Shown: positions 1-10,416 of the stretch, one piece after another
Numbering within the stretch: position 1 is the first letter of the stretch
Layout: the number at the start of each line of letters is the position of its first letter
Source: Treponema sp.
Lineage (GTDB): Bacteria; Spirochaetota; Spirochaetia; Treponematales; Treponemataceae
NCBI GenBank assembly: GCA_045616425.1
Contig: JAZLGS010000025.1
Span: 6,712 to 70,711 of the forward strand
Length of the DNA stretch: 64,000 nucleotides
Reading direction: 5' to 3'
Notes under the pieces: model-generated
Databases searched by the model: none
What the model saw: only the letters and a program-made list of their open reading frames with translations
Told to the model about the DNA's origin: nothing
Translations under genes and position numbers: made by a program

Positions 1-1
1 T

Positions 2-874
2 TTTCAACTGTTCAAGGGAATCGCCAAGGGATTTCCATTCAGCTTCTGAGAATGTAGTGCTTCCCGAGGCCAGACCGGTATTCTTTTCCACCATTTCCAA
101 AGTCTGCATTCCGGAAAGAGCACAGTTCATGGAAGGATTTCCGAGAACAAACTTGAATGCCAGTTCATATGTCGGTACGGATTTTCCACCAGTCAGCTTT
201 GCATAAAGTTCCGAAGGAGCTGAAAGCCGGCCACCGCCAACCGGTCCCATTGCCACAGTCCCCAGCCCTTTTGAGTAAGCATAATCAATCATTTCTTCAT
301 TGCTTCTGTCAAGGAGATTATATTGAACCAGCATTGATTCCATAGGCACTCCATATTTTTCTGCTTCTTCAATGATGTATTTAATGGAAGAAGGTGAATC
401 ATGGAATGAAAAGGAAATGTGGCGTATCAGGCCTTCTTCCTTTAAAAGCTGGGCATCCTTTAAAAGATTCTGGGCCATTATCACTCCGTCAAAAGAACCT
501 TTATTTATTCCCCAGAAATGATAAAAATCGATGTAACCGGTGCCCAGACGGCTCAAAGTAGTCTCAAGCTGTTTCCTGAAATCCCCGGGCTTCTTTGCAA
601 CTTCGCAGGGAAATTTTGAAGAAAGCAGGATTTTATCCCGGAAGTTTTTTACCCCATGCCCTACTGCTGCTTCAGAATTGCTGTTGCAATAATATGGAGC
701 TGTATCAAAATAATTGACACCCTTTTCATATGCCCGCAAAATCATTTCGTCTGATTTTTCCAGATCTACAAAATGCTTTCCATTTTCCTCGTATTCAGGA
801 AGCCGCATGCATCCGAATCCTAATGCTGATATTTTTTCTCCAGTCTTTCCAAATTCACGGTAATTCAAATTCAT
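2..874 (-). CDS. Aldo/keto reductase (3' end runs off the window)
   Basis: Absent from the ORF track because it is truncated. Manual translation from ATG at 874 (GGAGG RBS): MNLNYREFGKTGEKISALGFGCMRLP...GVNYFDTAPYY...YIDFYHFW, open to position 2. These are AKR-family motifs. Confidence 0.9.
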   Translation of the reverse strand, partial: MNLNYREFGKTGEKISALGFGCMRLPEYEENGKHFVDLEKSDEMILRAYEKGVNYFDTAPYYCNSNSEAAVGHGVKNFRDKILLSSKFPCEVAKKPGDFRKQLETTLSRLGTGYIDFYHFWGINKGSFDGVIMAQNLLKDAQLLKEEGLIRHISFSFHDSPSSIKYIIEEAEKYGVPMESMLVQYNLLDRSNEEMIDYAYSKGLGTVAMGPVGGGRLSAPSELYAKLTGGKSVPTYELAFKFVLGNPSMNCALSGMQTLEMVEKNTGLASGSTTFSEAEWKSLGDSLEQLK

Positions 875-1151
875 TCCTCCAGAAATATTCATATCGGGAC
901 AGCGTTCCTAAGATGACTGCCATATTTTCAGTATAAAGTATGAATGGAAATACATAAAATAAAAAATTGTTTCCAGTCGTAAAAAATACTTTCATCCGCC
1001 CGTCACACCGTTGAAACACAGGAAATTCTGGTATTATAAATTTTCTACAATTCTGAATATTTTAATATAACCACATTTTTCATATTATAATGCTGTCGAC
1101 AAACACAAAAAAGCTGCGCAGTTTTCATCCAAAAAGCAAAAGGAAAATATT

Positions 1152-2027
1152 ATGGCTGAAAACAGAAGTGAATTGAACAGGAATCTGGCACAGATGCTTA
1201 AAGGTGGCGTCATCATGGACGTTACAACTCCTGAACAGGCAAAGATTGCAGAACAGGCCGGAGCATGTGCAGTAATGGCATTGGAACGCATTCCGGCAGA
1301 CATCCGTGCTGCAGGCGGCGTTTCCCGCATGAGTGATCCGAAGATGATTGAAGGAATCCAGAACGCCGTTTCAATTCCTGTAATGGCAAAATGCCGCATC
1401 GGTCATTTCGTTGAAGCCCAGATTCTTGAGGCAATCGAAATTGACTACATTGACGAAAGTGAAGTCCTCTCCCCTGCCGATGACGTATATCATATCAATA
1501 AAAGGAATTTCAAAGTTCCATTTGTCTGCGGTGCAAAAGATTTAGGTGAAGCACTCCGCCGCATTAACGAAGGTGCCTCCATGATCCGCACAAAAGGTGA
1601 ACCTGGAACAGGCGACATCATCCAGGCTGTCCGCCACATGCGCATGATGAACAGTGAAATTGCAAAAATTTCTGCCATGACTGAAGACGAACTTTTTGTT
1701 GAAGCCAAGAACCTTCAGGTTCCATACGAACTTGTACTCTATGTACATCAAAACAAAAAACTTCCTGTTGTAAATTTTGCAGCCGGTGGTGTTGCAACTC
1801 CTGCCGATGCCGCTTTAATGATGCAGCTTGGTGCAGAAGGTGTCTTTGTAGGTTCAGGAATCTTCAAATCTGGAAATCCTGAAAAACGTGCACAGGCAAT
1901 CGTAAAGGCTGTAACAAATTTCCGTGATGCAAAAATGATTGCAGAACTGAGTAAAGATCTTGGTGAAGCAATGGTGGGCATCAACGAAAGCGAAATTGAA
2001 TTACTTATGGCGGAACGCGGAAAATGA
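1152..2027 (+). CDS. pdxS: Pyridoxal 5'-phosphate synthase, synthase subunit
   Basis: [19 protein letters not shown] and GEPGTG motifs. Confidence 0.98.
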   Translation: MAENRSELNRNLAQMLKGGVIMDVTTPEQAKIAEQAGACAVMALERIPADIRAAGGVSRMSDPKMIEGIQNAVSIPVMAKCRIGHFVEAQILEAIEIDYIDESEVLSPADDVYHINKRNFKVPFVCGAKDLGEALRRINEGASMIRTKGEPGTGDIIQAVRHMRMMNSEIAKISAMTEDELFVEAKNLQVPYELVLYVHQNKKLPVVNFAAGGVATPADAALMMQLGAEGVFVGSGIFKSGNPEKRAQAIVKAVTNFRDAKMIAELSKDLGEAMVGINESEIELLMAERGK

Positions 2028-2596
2028 AAATTGCAGTCCTTGCAGTACAGGGTGCTTTTATAGAACATGAAAAATGCCTTATGGAACTTGGTGCAGAATG
2101 CATTGAGCTCCGTAAGAAGGAAGATCTGGAACAAGACTTTGATGCTCTGGTGCTGCCAGGTGGCGAAAGCACAGTCCAGGGAAAACTCCTCCGGGAACTG
2201 GGAATGTTCGACATCCTTAAAAATAAAATAGAAGGCGGGATTCCTGTCCTTGCAACTTGTGCGGGCCTCATCCTTCTTGCAGAAAATCTGGATAACGATC
2301 CGGCAAGGCATTTTGCCACACTTCCGGTAACTGTAGTACGGAACGCCTACGGAAGGCAGCTTGGAAGTTTCTTTACGGAATCAGATTTCGGTGGACTTGG
2401 AAAAGTGCCTATGACTTTCATCCGGGCACCTTACATCAAGGAAGCCGGAAAAGATGTAGAAACACTCGCTGAGGTCAATGGAAAGATTGTTGCCGTAAAA
2501 TATGGAAAGCAGCTTGCCATGAGTTTCCACCCGGAATTAAATGAAAGCCGCAAAATCCACAGCCTGTTCCTGAAAATGGCCGCTTCACAAGACTGA
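2024..2596 (+). CDS. pdxT: PLP synthase glutaminase subunit
   Basis: LAVQGAF, LPGGEST, ATCAG nucleophile and SFHPE; ATGA overlap with pdxS. Confidence 0.97.
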   Translation: MKIAVLAVQGAFIEHEKCLMELGAECIELRKKEDLEQDFDALVLPGGESTVQGKLLRELGMFDILKNKIEGGIPVLATCAGLILLAENLDNDPARHFATLPVTVVRNAYGRQLGSFFTESDFGGLGKVPMTFIRAPYIKEAGKDVETLAEVNGKIVAVKYGKQLAMSFHPELNESRKIHSLFLKMAASQD

Positions 2597-2601
2597 TTTT
2601 C

Positions 2602-2648
2602 AAAAGTTCCGGTGACTTTCCAGAGCTGCCGGACTTTTTTTCTTTTTT
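2602..2648 (+). terminator. Intrinsic terminator after pdxT
   Basis: AAAAGTTCCGG...CCGGACTTTT stem followed by a T run. Confidence 0.7.
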
Positions 2649-2687
2649 CATGAACACAAAAACACTTCCTATGATAAAATCAGATAT

Positions 2688-3227
2688 ATGGACGAAATAA
2701 AGACAGTTTCAAGGGAACTGAAATATTCAAATAAATGGATGAAAGTATATGAAGACAGCATCATCCGGGCAGATGGAAAACAAGGCATTTACGGAATAGT
2801 CGAAAAAGGTGATTTCTGCCTTATCGTACCTGTAGAAGACGGCTGTTTCTGGCTTGTTGAACAGTACCGCTATCCCGTAAAGGAGCGGTGTCTGGAATTT
2901 CCCCAAGGTTCATGGGAATTTGAAAAAATTGATCCGCTGGAACTTGCAAAGGCAGAACTGAAAGAAGAAACCGGAATTACGGCAGATTCCATTCAGGAGG
3001 CAGGATGGTTCTATCTTGCTTACGGCTATTCGCCCCAGAAATGCCATGTCTTTATTGCCCGGGGCCTGCATCATGGAAAGCAGGAACTGGACGAAGAAGA
3101 AAACGGACTGATATGTAAAAAAATTCCATTTGACGAATTCAACAGGATGGCAGTAAATAACGGAATTACAGACAGTTCAAGCCTGGCAGCTTTTTCATTA
3201 CTGAAACTGAAAGGCATGATTCAATGA
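2688..3227 (+). CDS. NUDIX hydrolase (ADP-ribose pyrophosphatase-like)
   Basis: VEQYRYPV and LEFPQG...ELKEETG Nudix box. Confidence 0.9.
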   Translation: MDEIKTVSRELKYSNKWMKVYEDSIIRADGKQGIYGIVEKGDFCLIVPVEDGCFWLVEQYRYPVKERCLEFPQGSWEFEKIDPLELAKAELKEETGITADSIQEAGWFYLAYGYSPQKCHVFIARGLHHGKQELDEEENGLICKKIPFDEFNRMAVNNGITDSSSLAAFSLLKLKGMIQ

Positions 3228-3410
3228 CGAGAGATTGTCTGAGAATTACTGTCATACTGAATTTGCCCCAGAATCTACGCGATATATAATGCATGGATTC
3301 CTGCAAATGCCGGTGCATAAATCGCAATTTCCAGCTCCGCAAAAAAAAGCTTTAAATCCGTAAAGCCCCCTGCCTCCGCTTCCATCCGGACCTACCGGGG
3401 ATGCGTATTA

Positions 3411-3439
3411 TTGAACAATGGTGTTTTTTAGACTATAAT
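3411..3439 (+). promoter_or_regulatory. Sigma70-type promoter of leuS
   Basis: TTGAAC-17bp-TATAAT, about 40 bp upstream of the leuS start. Confidence 0.7.
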
Positions 3440-3479
3440 CAAATTTGCAATTTCATTTCGCTTATATGCAGAGGTAAAT

Positions 3480-6149
3480 ATGTCTAAATATCCTTTTGAC
3501 ACCATTGAGCCTAAATGGCAGAAATACTGGGAAAAAAATAAAACTTTCAAGGCTGTTGAAGATCCTTCAGTTCCAAAAGAAAAGAGGCGCTACATCCTTG
3601 ACATGTTTCCATACCCTTCAGCACAGGGACTTCATGTAGGACACCCTGAAGGTTACACGGCAACTGACATCTATTCAAGATATCTCAGGATGAACGGTTA
3701 CAATGTGCTTCATCCGATGGGCTATGATGCATTCGGACTTCCTGCAGAAAACTATGCAATCAAAACTGGAACGCATCCAAGCACAACTACTTTTGCCAAC
3801 ATCGAACATTTTACACAGCAGATTAAGGCTCTTGGTTTTTCCTATGACTGGGACCGTTGCATCACCACATGTACGCCGGATTACTATAAATGGACACAGT
3901 GGATTTTCCTCCAGCTTTACAAGAAGGGACTTGCATATGAAGCACAGACTCCTATCAACTGGTGTCCCTCATGTCTTACAGGTCTTGCAAACGAAGAAGT
4001 AAAGGAAGGCCGCTGTGAACGCTGCGGTTCCGTAGTTACCCACAAGACAATCCGCCAGTGGATACTCAAGATTACAGCTTATGCCGACAGGCTTTTAAAT
4101 GACCTGGACGGGCTTGACTGGCCTGAAAGCGTAAAACTCATGCAGCGCAACTGGATCGGCCGTTCTGAAGGTGCAGAAGTAAATTTTGCAATTGCAGATA
4201 AAGACGGAAAACCTACAGAAGACAAACTCACTGTTTACACTACCCGTGCAGATACACTTTACGGTGCAACCTACATGGTCATTGCTCCGGAACACAAACT
4301 GGTACAGCGCCTTACCACAGATGAACATAAAGCAGAAGTTGAAGCATATGTTGATGCCGCTGCAAAGAAAAGCGACCTTGAAAGGACTGACCTTGCAAAG
4401 ACAAAGAGCGGTGTATTCACAGGAAGCTACGGCATTGATCCTGTAAACGGCCACCTTGTTCCTATCTGGATTTCTGACTATGTACTTACATCATACGGAA
4501 CCGGAGCAATCATGGCTGTTCCTGCCCATGATGAACGTGACTGGGATTTTGCCAAAATGTTCAACCTGCCTATCATCAAGGTTGTGGCAACAAAAGAAGA
4601 AATTGCATCCCTTGCAGGTGGCGACGAAAAGAAAGGTGCAGAACTCCTCAGGACTGCAGCCGGAAATCCGGAAGAGTATAAAAAGCTGGTTGAAGCCCAT
4701 CCAGATGTATTCAATGTTGCTTCACAGTGTACGTCTGCAAAAGACGGTTATGCAATCAATTCTGAACAGTTCACCGGACTTCCTACAAAAGAGACGATTC
4801 CGGGAATGATTAAATGGCTTGATGAACAGGGAATCGGAAAGAAAGCCGTAAACTACAAGCTCCGTGACTGGGTATTCAGCCGCCAGCGTTACTGGGGAGA
4901 ACCTATTCCTTTGGTTCATTGTCCAAAATGTGGAACTGTTGCAATTCCTGAAGACCAGCTTCCACTTGAATTGCCAGACGTAAAGAGCTACCAGCCTACA
5001 GGAACCGGGGAAAGTCCTCTTGCAGGAATCGACTCATGGGTTAACTGTAAATGTCCGGAATGTGGAGCAGATGCAAAGCGTGAAACAAATACAATGCCTC
5101 AGTGGGCTGGTTCATGCTGGTATTACCTCCGCTATCTTGATGCTGTAAATTCTGAAAATTTTGCAGATAAGGAAAAGGTTGACTACTGGATGCCTGTTGA
5201 CCTCTATGTCGGTGGTGCAGAACATGCAGTACTCCACCTCCTCTATTCAAGATTCTGGCATAAGGTACTTTTTGATATCGGTGTTGTAAACACAACTGAA
5301 CCGTTCCAGAGGCTCATAAATCAGGGAATGATTACTTCATTTGCATACCAGAGAAAGAATAAAACCCTCGTTCCGACAGATGAAGTTGAAGAAAAGACAC
5401 CTGGAGTATACATTGAGAAAGCAACCGGTGAACAGCTTGAACAGGTTGTTGCAAAAATGTCAAAGTCACTTAAAAATGTCGTAAATCCTGATGAAGAAAT
5501 CAAGCTTTACGGTGCAGACAGTGTACGCATGTATGAAAAGTTCATGGGACCACTTACAATGTCAAAACCATGGAACACCCAGGGCATCATCGGCATCAAC
5601 CGGTTCCTTGAAAAAGTATGGAACATGAGCGAAAAGCCTATGAGCGACATCGACATTACAGGAAAGCTGGATGATGAAAATCTTGTTGAAGCAAGGAAAG
5701 TATTTGCAAAAACCGTTGTCAAGGTCTCAGAAGATACGGCTTCACTCAGTTTCAATACTGCCATCAGTCAGATGATGATTTTCATTAATGCCATGAGCAA
5801 ACTGGATGCAATTCCAAAGGCAATGTGGAGTGATTTTGTAAAGATGCTTTCCTGCTATGCACCTCATCTTGGTGAAGAACTGTGGGAAAAGCTCGGTCAT
5901 GACAATACCATTGCATATGAAGCCTGGCCGACAGTAGATGCAGGACTTGCAGCTGATGACATGAAGACAATTGTCGTAATGATTAACGGAAAACTCCGTG
6001 ATAAATTCCAGGTTGCACCTGGAACAGGCAATGAAGAACTTCAGAAGCTTGCATATGAAACTGAAGGTGCAAAGAAATTCATGGAAGGTAAGTCAATCGT
6101 GAAGGTTGTTTGTGTTCCTGATAAGCTTGTAAACATCGTCGTAAAATAA
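3480..6149 (+). CDS. leuS: Leucine--tRNA ligase
   Basis: MFPYPS, HVGH (HIGH motif), KMSKS, CP1 editing motif [15 protein letters not shown]. Confidence 0.99.
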   Translation: MSKYPFDTIEPKWQKYWEKNKTFKAVEDPSVPKEKRRYILDMFPYPSAQGLHVGHPEGYTATDIYSRYLRMNGYNVLHPMGYDAFGLPAENYAIKTGTHPSTTTFANIEHFTQQIKALGFSYDWDRCITTCTPDYYKWTQWIFLQLYKKGLAYEAQTPINWCPSCLTGLANEEVKEGRCERCGSVVTHKTIRQWILKITAYADRLLNDLDGLDWPESVKLMQRNWIGRSEGAEVNFAIADKDGKPTEDKLTVYTTRADTLYGATYMVIAPEHKLVQRLTTDEHKAEVEAYVDAAAKKSDLERTDLAKTKSGVFTGSYGIDPVNGHLVPIWISDYVLTSYGTGAIMAVPAHDERDWDFAKMFNLPIIKVVATKEEIASLAGGDEKKGAELLRTAAGNPEEYKKLVEAHPDVFNVASQCTSAKDGYAINSEQFTGLPTKETIPGMIKWLDEQGIGKKAVNYKLRDWVFSRQRYWGEPIPLVHCPKCGTVAIPEDQLPLELPDVKSYQPTGTGESPLAGIDSWVNCKCPECGADAKRETNTMPQWAGSCWYYLRYLDAVNSENFADKEKVDYWMPVDLYVGGAEHAVLHLLYSRFWHKVLFDIGVVNTTEPFQRLINQGMITSFAYQRKNKTLVPTDEVEEKTPGVYIEKATGEQLEQVVAKMSKSLKNVVNPDEEIKLYGADSVRMYEKFMGPLTMSKPWNTQGIIGINRFLEKVWNMSEKPMSDIDITGKLDDENLVEARKVFAKTVVKVSEDTASLSFNTAISQMMIFINAMSKLDAIPKAMWSDFVKMLSCYAPHLGEELWEKLGHDNTIAYEAWPTVDAGLAADDMKTIVVMINGKLRDKFQVAPGTGNEELQKLAYETEGAKKFMEGKSIVKVVCVPDKLVNIVVK

Positions 6150-7087
6150 TGGTGCATAATTCTGAAACAGAACGCAGCAGGTTTATAAAATCAGCAGGAT
6201 TCATTGCTTTAACAGGCAATCTTTTCCTGTCTGTAATAAAATTCCTCTGTGCCCGTATTTCAGGAAGCTCTGCAATAATGGGCGATGCAATTGATTCATC
6301 TTCTGATGTATGCATCGCCCTTCTCAGCATCTTCATAAGCAGGGTCATTTCAAAACCAGAAGATGGGGAGCACCCCTGGGGACATGAACGGGCAGAAACA
6401 ACCGCATCAATGTTCCTTTCTTTTTTAATTTTCTATGCCGGAATGCAGTGCATCATTTCTGCCGTTTCAGCAATTCATAAATCATCATTTCCTGATGAAA
6501 TAAATATCTATGCAATACTGGCGGCATCAGTTTCAATTGCAGGAAAGCTGGCATTATGCTTCATTCTGAATATTCTTGCAAAAAAAAGTGGAAGTGAAAT
6601 AATCAAGGCTACTGCTCAGAACATGGGAAACGACATAATGCTTTCTGCAGGTGTCCTTACCGGTATTGCCACCTCCAGATTTCTGAGACTTCCGGTTCTG
6701 GATCCTCTTCTGGGAATTGTCATAGGGCTTTGGATTATAAAAAATGCCTTCCTGCTGTTCAAGCAGTGCAATATGGAACTCATGGATGGAAATACAGACA
6801 AAGAGCTTTATTCAAGGCTCTTTAAAGCTGCAACATCTGTAAAAGGAGTCACAAATCCCCACCGTGCCCGCATCCGGAAAATGGCATCCCGCTGGGATAT
6901 AGACCTTGACATAGAAGTCGACGCCGGCATGAGCGTACACCAGGCTCACGAACTAGCCAGCCGGGTTGAAAATGCAATCAAAAATGAAATACCGGACGTC
7001 TTTGACATAATGGTACATATTGAACCTGCCGGACATCAGAATCATCACAAACCTGAACAGTTCGGTCTTTCACAGTCGGATTTATAA
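6149..7087 (+). CDS. Cation diffusion facilitator (FieF-like) transporter
   Basis: DAIDSSSD, HPWGHERAE, C-terminal zinc-binding-type domain (AHELA...VHIEP). Confidence 0.92.
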   Translation: MVHNSETERSRFIKSAGFIALTGNLFLSVIKFLCARISGSSAIMGDAIDSSSDVCIALLSIFISRVISKPEDGEHPWGHERAETTASMFLSFLIFYAGMQCIISAVSAIHKSSFPDEINIYAILAASVSIAGKLALCFILNILAKKSGSEIIKATAQNMGNDIMLSAGVLTGIATSRFLRLPVLDPLLGIVIGLWIIKNAFLLFKQCNMELMDGNTDKELYSRLFKAATSVKGVTNPHRARIRKMASRWDIDLDIEVDAGMSVHQAHELASRVENAIKNEIPDVFDIMVHIEPAGHQNHHKPEQFGLSQSDL

Positions 7088-7194
7088 AATGTCCCCATCA
7101 ATCAGAATCATCGGGTTTTATTCACCTATCGGAATTCCGGATTTTGAAGTTTTGTCATTTCTGAATGACCAAGTTTTTTTCCATAGCAGTAGCC

Positions 7195-7308
7195 CGTCAT
7201 TCAAAACTTAAGTCCGTCATTCAGAACTTATCCCGGTATCTCTACACAATATTCAGTACAGATGTTGCATGACAAAATGAATCTGTCACCCTGAATTTAT
7301 TTCAAGGG
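7195..7308. repeat. Cluster of degenerate GTCA-type REP-like palindromes
   Basis: CGTCATTCAAAACTT, CGTCATTCAGAACTTATCCCGGTATCT and TGTCACCCTGAATTTATTTCAAGGG; related copies at 3250-3276 and 21487-21532. Confidence 0.55.
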
Positions 7309-7339
7309 CTGCAGGACAAACATCCCCTATTTTGGTAAG

Positions 7340-7734
7340 GTCATATCCTTAAAAATTGCTGCTGAAAAAATCTGCATTACCGTGGAAAATGTGCCAGAAC
7401 CCTCCGGGGCAACAAGTCGCAATGTCGGCCTGCCGCCTTCGAAGCCCAGCTTCTCGGAGACTCGCTAAAATTGCTTTCGCAATTTTCCGGCTTTGCCGTC
7501 GCTCCCTTCCGCCTTCGAAGCCCAGCTTCTCGGAGACTCGCTAAAATCGCTTTCGCGATTTTCCGGCTTTGCCGTCGCTCCCTACATATTTTCCACCATC
7601 ATGCAGTTAATTTTGCCATCAATTCTATATAGCCTTATAAATTTTAGAAGTAAATTTACATAGCAGTACGGCAACAGTCCGACTTGTTGCATTGAAATTC
7701 CTCATTAATCAGCAACACCATAAACAGACATAGC
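7340..7734 (+). mobile_element. MITE-like element copy with an internal tandem hairpin module
   Basis: Collinear with the reverse complement of 52885-53116 (AATCTGCATTACCGTGGAAAATG.GCCAGAACCCTCCGG.GCAACAAGT; CATGCAGTTAATTTT; GACATAGC end). About 150 bp extra at 7433-7583. Left TIR is degenerate. Confidence 0.7.
7433..7583 (+). repeat. Tandem 2 x 76-bp structured hairpin module (family A)
   Basis: CCGCCTTCGAAGCCCAGCTTCTCGGAGACTCGCT-[stem-loop]-CCGGCTTTGCCGTCGCTCCCT twice, starting at 7433 and 7509. Confidence 0.9.
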
Positions 7735-7795
7735 GTTTTTGATAAAAGCGGTTCTTATTTATGAGTTAAAAAAAAGAAATCGAAGCTAGCAGCAT

Positions 7796-7824
7796 AAAAA
7801 AAGCCTGACGTTTCTGCCAGGCTA
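7796..7824 (-). terminator. Intrinsic terminator after the STAS gene
   Basis: AGCCTG-GCAGAAACGT-CAGGCT followed by T7 on the minus strand. Confidence 0.7.
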
Positions 7825-7846
7825 TATCAGCAAGCGTTGACTGATA

Positions 7847-8173
7847 CTATTCAACTTCAGTTACAGACTGTATGATATTGAAAGCTTCCATGAATCCAGT
7901 GTCATTTACAGTTTTATGAGCTGATGGAGAAAGATTCATCAGGTACAGTTTCTTTCCGCAATCTAGCGCATCATTAAAAACAGCCATAATCATCCCCATT
8001 CCGGAAGAATCAATATCAATCACCTGGGAAAGGTCTAAAACCACATTTGTTTCCTGAATGCTGGCAAAAAGCTTTACCTGCAGTTCCGAAATAGTATACG
8101 AGTTACAATCCCCGAAAAGTTCATACAGAATATAGTTTGAACCATGTTTTTCAGTTACACGTAATTGTTCCAT
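7847..8173 (-). CDS. STAS-domain anti-sigma factor antagonist
   Basis: VVLDLSQVIDIDSSGMG phosphorylatable-Ser motif, 108 aa. Confidence 0.92.
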   Translation of the reverse strand: MEQLRVTEKHGSNYILYELFGDCNSYTISELQVKLFASIQETNVVLDLSQVIDIDSSGMGMIMAVFNDALDCGKKLYLMNLSPSAHKTVNDTGFMEAFNIIQSVTEVE

Positions 8174-8202
8174 AAATCATCCTCTTCAGATTAAAAATTC
8201 CG

Positions 8203-10416
8203 TCATACAACTTCAGCAGGAGTTTCTTCAACAGCTTCCGATGATTCCTCATCCTGAAGCGTAACATTATCTTTTCCAAGATACCTGAAAATCATCAAAG
8301 TAATGTCATCTTCAAGCTCTTTAGCCATGAACTTCTTGAGATTATCAAATGTAAAGTTAACCATACGGTTGGCTTTATACATGTAGTTATCAGTCATTGC
8401 CTGCTTTATGCGGTCCTTTCCATACTGTTCACCTCGGAGGGAATGGGAATTTATCAGACCCGCTGTTGAAGCCGCAATAATGTCACCGGCATTAAGATGA
8501 ATCTGCTTTACCTTAAGGAGCGGTGTAATGTCTTTTACAAAGCCCAGTACATATCCACTACCCTGGATTTCAATAACATTGTTATATGCCCTGGTATAAA
8601 GCAGGAGCGTAGGAATTCCACAGTTGATGTAATACATGGTATCCGTTTCAAAATCAAGAAGGCAGAACACACCTGCAAAGAAAGTTCCCTTAGGCAGGTT
8701 GAACCTGATGAATTTATTGATTTTAGCAACAAGAGTCTTAAAATCATGAGTATCTGCAAGGTTTGTACGGATGATGGACTTAAGGATGACCATACTCATA
8801 CTGGCAGAAATACCTTTACCGCTCAGAGAACCGACAACAGCAATATGACGGGTATCAGTCAGGCGGATAAAGTCAATGAATTCACCACCAATGTTATGAG
8901 CCGGAACCATAAGGTATCCGGTATCAATCTTAGGATTTTCAATCGGATCCATATTTTCCTGAATGGAAGTAATAATCTGTGCAGACATCTTGATTTCGCG
9001 GTTAACAGTACCGACAACAGCAGCATTGGCAATGTTGCTCATATAGTAACCGAATACAAAGAAGTTTGAATACAGATTGTTGAATGCGATTTTGTCATAT
9101 TCATCATAGGTATTTCCAGAGGATTTTTCGCTCAGGAAAATAATGCCCATTATATGACGTCCCTCCCGGAGGATTATCATAGCCTCTGCATCCGCTTCTG
9201 CAAAAAGTGCATTTATGTCAGAACGGAATTCCATAAGGAGTACATTGGAAACAGTATCTTCCTTAAAACATACCGGATGGTCATTATCCAGAAGCGCATC
9301 AAGCCCCTTATTTTTTAAAGGAATGGTACAACGTTCACCAGACGAACTGAAAGTAGTTTCAAGTTCACCGTTGCCGTTGTCAATAAGTACCATCATGTCT
9401 TTCACGCCTACTTTTTCCCGGAAGATATTAAGCAGCTGGTTACAGATTTCCACCTGCTCTCCTTCATAATTCATTTCCGCAAGTGCGCTTTCAACTTCCG
9501 TATCGTACTGGGCAGAACGGAAATTTGAAAATTTGGATGCGTAACTTGTAAGCAGTGTCGCCAGTTCCATGATGAAGATAGTAATAACAGTAACGATTGT
9601 TATGTAGAATGCATGGGACGTATAATAAATCGGACGCAGCATTACAAAAAGAATCGAACCGACAATTGCAGGTAATGCAAATTTTACAGCAAGTACCAGA
9701 ATCGAAGAAATCATCGTCGGAACGTCATATATCTTGTCCATTGTTGCAGATTTGACCATAACAGCAGCCATAAGTGCAAAGACAAGGAATATGAGGGTCT
9801 TCATCATAGGAAGCATTCCGGAAATGGACATAATCATGATAAGCCCAGTCCATGAAAGCAGCATACATCCTAAATACCAGAGGGAACGCTGGAAAGCAAT
9901 TCTCGAAGCAGTATTTTCCGTATACATAAGCATGAGGAGCATACAGAAACCAGGGACAAAGAACACAAAAGATCCGTAATACAGGCCGACCCATGTTATA
10001 GGGAAATACGAAGCCAGGAGCCCACTGAAAATCTGTTCACCTGCAATTTCAAAACGGGTATAATCTACAACCTTAATCTTGAATACGGAAATATAGAATG
10101 CAAGGGCAATGAACATGAACTGCAGGACGCTCAGGACCCCTATGTTCTTTTCAGAGAGATAGGAAAGGAAATAGAACGACACTACAATAAGAATCAGCGC
10201 AATAAAGAACAGAACAAGATGTTCAAGGAATATGGAAAAGTTTTCAGGTCCCCACAAGATGGAACTGACCGTGCCAGCCATAATGATGGCACCACCAGTA
10301 ACAAGGAGTACGATATTGATAAGAGAGTTTTCATTTCTGACTGTTTTTGTGTTAATGTTAAGCGAAAACCATATCAGATATGCTGCAAGTATCAGGTTTA
10401 TAAAAACGTAAATCAT
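8203..10416 (-). CDS. Polytopic membrane protein with GAF-like region and degenerate SpoIIE/PP2C domain
   Basis: About 9 hydrophobic segments followed by a PP2C-like C-terminus (IGGEFID, VGSLSGKG, STAGL, EDDIT). Confidence 0.85.
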   Translation of the reverse strand: MIYVFINLILAAYLIWFSLNINTKTVRNENSLINIVLLVTGGAIIMAGTVSSILWGPENFSIFLEHLVLFFIALILIVVSFYFLSYLSEKNIGVLSVLQFMFIALAFYISVFKIKVVDYTRFEIAGEQIFSGLLASYFPITWVGLYYGSFVFFVPGFCMLLMLMYTENTASRIAFQRSLWYLGCMLLSWTGLIMIMSISGMLPMMKTLIFLVFALMAAVMVKSATMDKIYDVPTMISSILVLAVKFALPAIVGSILFVMLRPIYYTSHAFYITIVTVITIFIMELATLLTSYASKFSNFRSAQYDTEVESALAEMNYEGEQVEICNQLLNIFREKVGVKDMMVLIDNGNGELETTFSSSGERCTIPLKNKGLDALLDNDHPVCFKEDTVSNVLLMEFRSDINALFAEADAEAMIILREGRHIMGIIFLSEKSSGNTYDEYDKIAFNNLYSNFFVFGYYMSNIANAAVVGTVNREIKMSAQIITSIQENMDPIENPKIDTGYLMVPAHNIGGEFIDFIRLTDTRHIAVVGSLSGKGISASMSMVILKSIIRTNLADTHDFKTLVAKINKFIRFNLPKGTFFAGVFCLLDFETDTMYYINCGIPTLLLYTRAYNNVIEIQGSGYVLGFVKDITPLLKVKQIHLNAGDIIAASTAGLINSHSLRGEQYGKDRIKQAMTDNYMYKANRMVNFTFDNLKKFMAKELEDDITLMIFRYLGKDNVTLQDEESSEAVEETPAEVV

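Noticed and set aside
3228-3479. T-box leader for leuS
   Set aside because: The promoter lies about 40 bp from the start, leaving no room, and there is no T-box consensus
7088-7190. Possible gene remnant on the minus strand after the CDF gene
   Set aside because: Several stops, too short, no recognisable homology
7356-7544. ORFs encoding RLRSPASRRLAKIA-like peptides (also 21554-21778, 21567-22082, 30710-31030, 30799-31074)
   Set aside because: These are translations of family-A repeats in differing frames and strands, with no RBS or consistent start. The variation preserves base pairing, not codons.
7433-7583. CRISPR array (also 30834-30987 and 51561-51841)
   Set aside because: Only two units each, no unique spacers, repeat length far above 23-50 bp, and no cas genes
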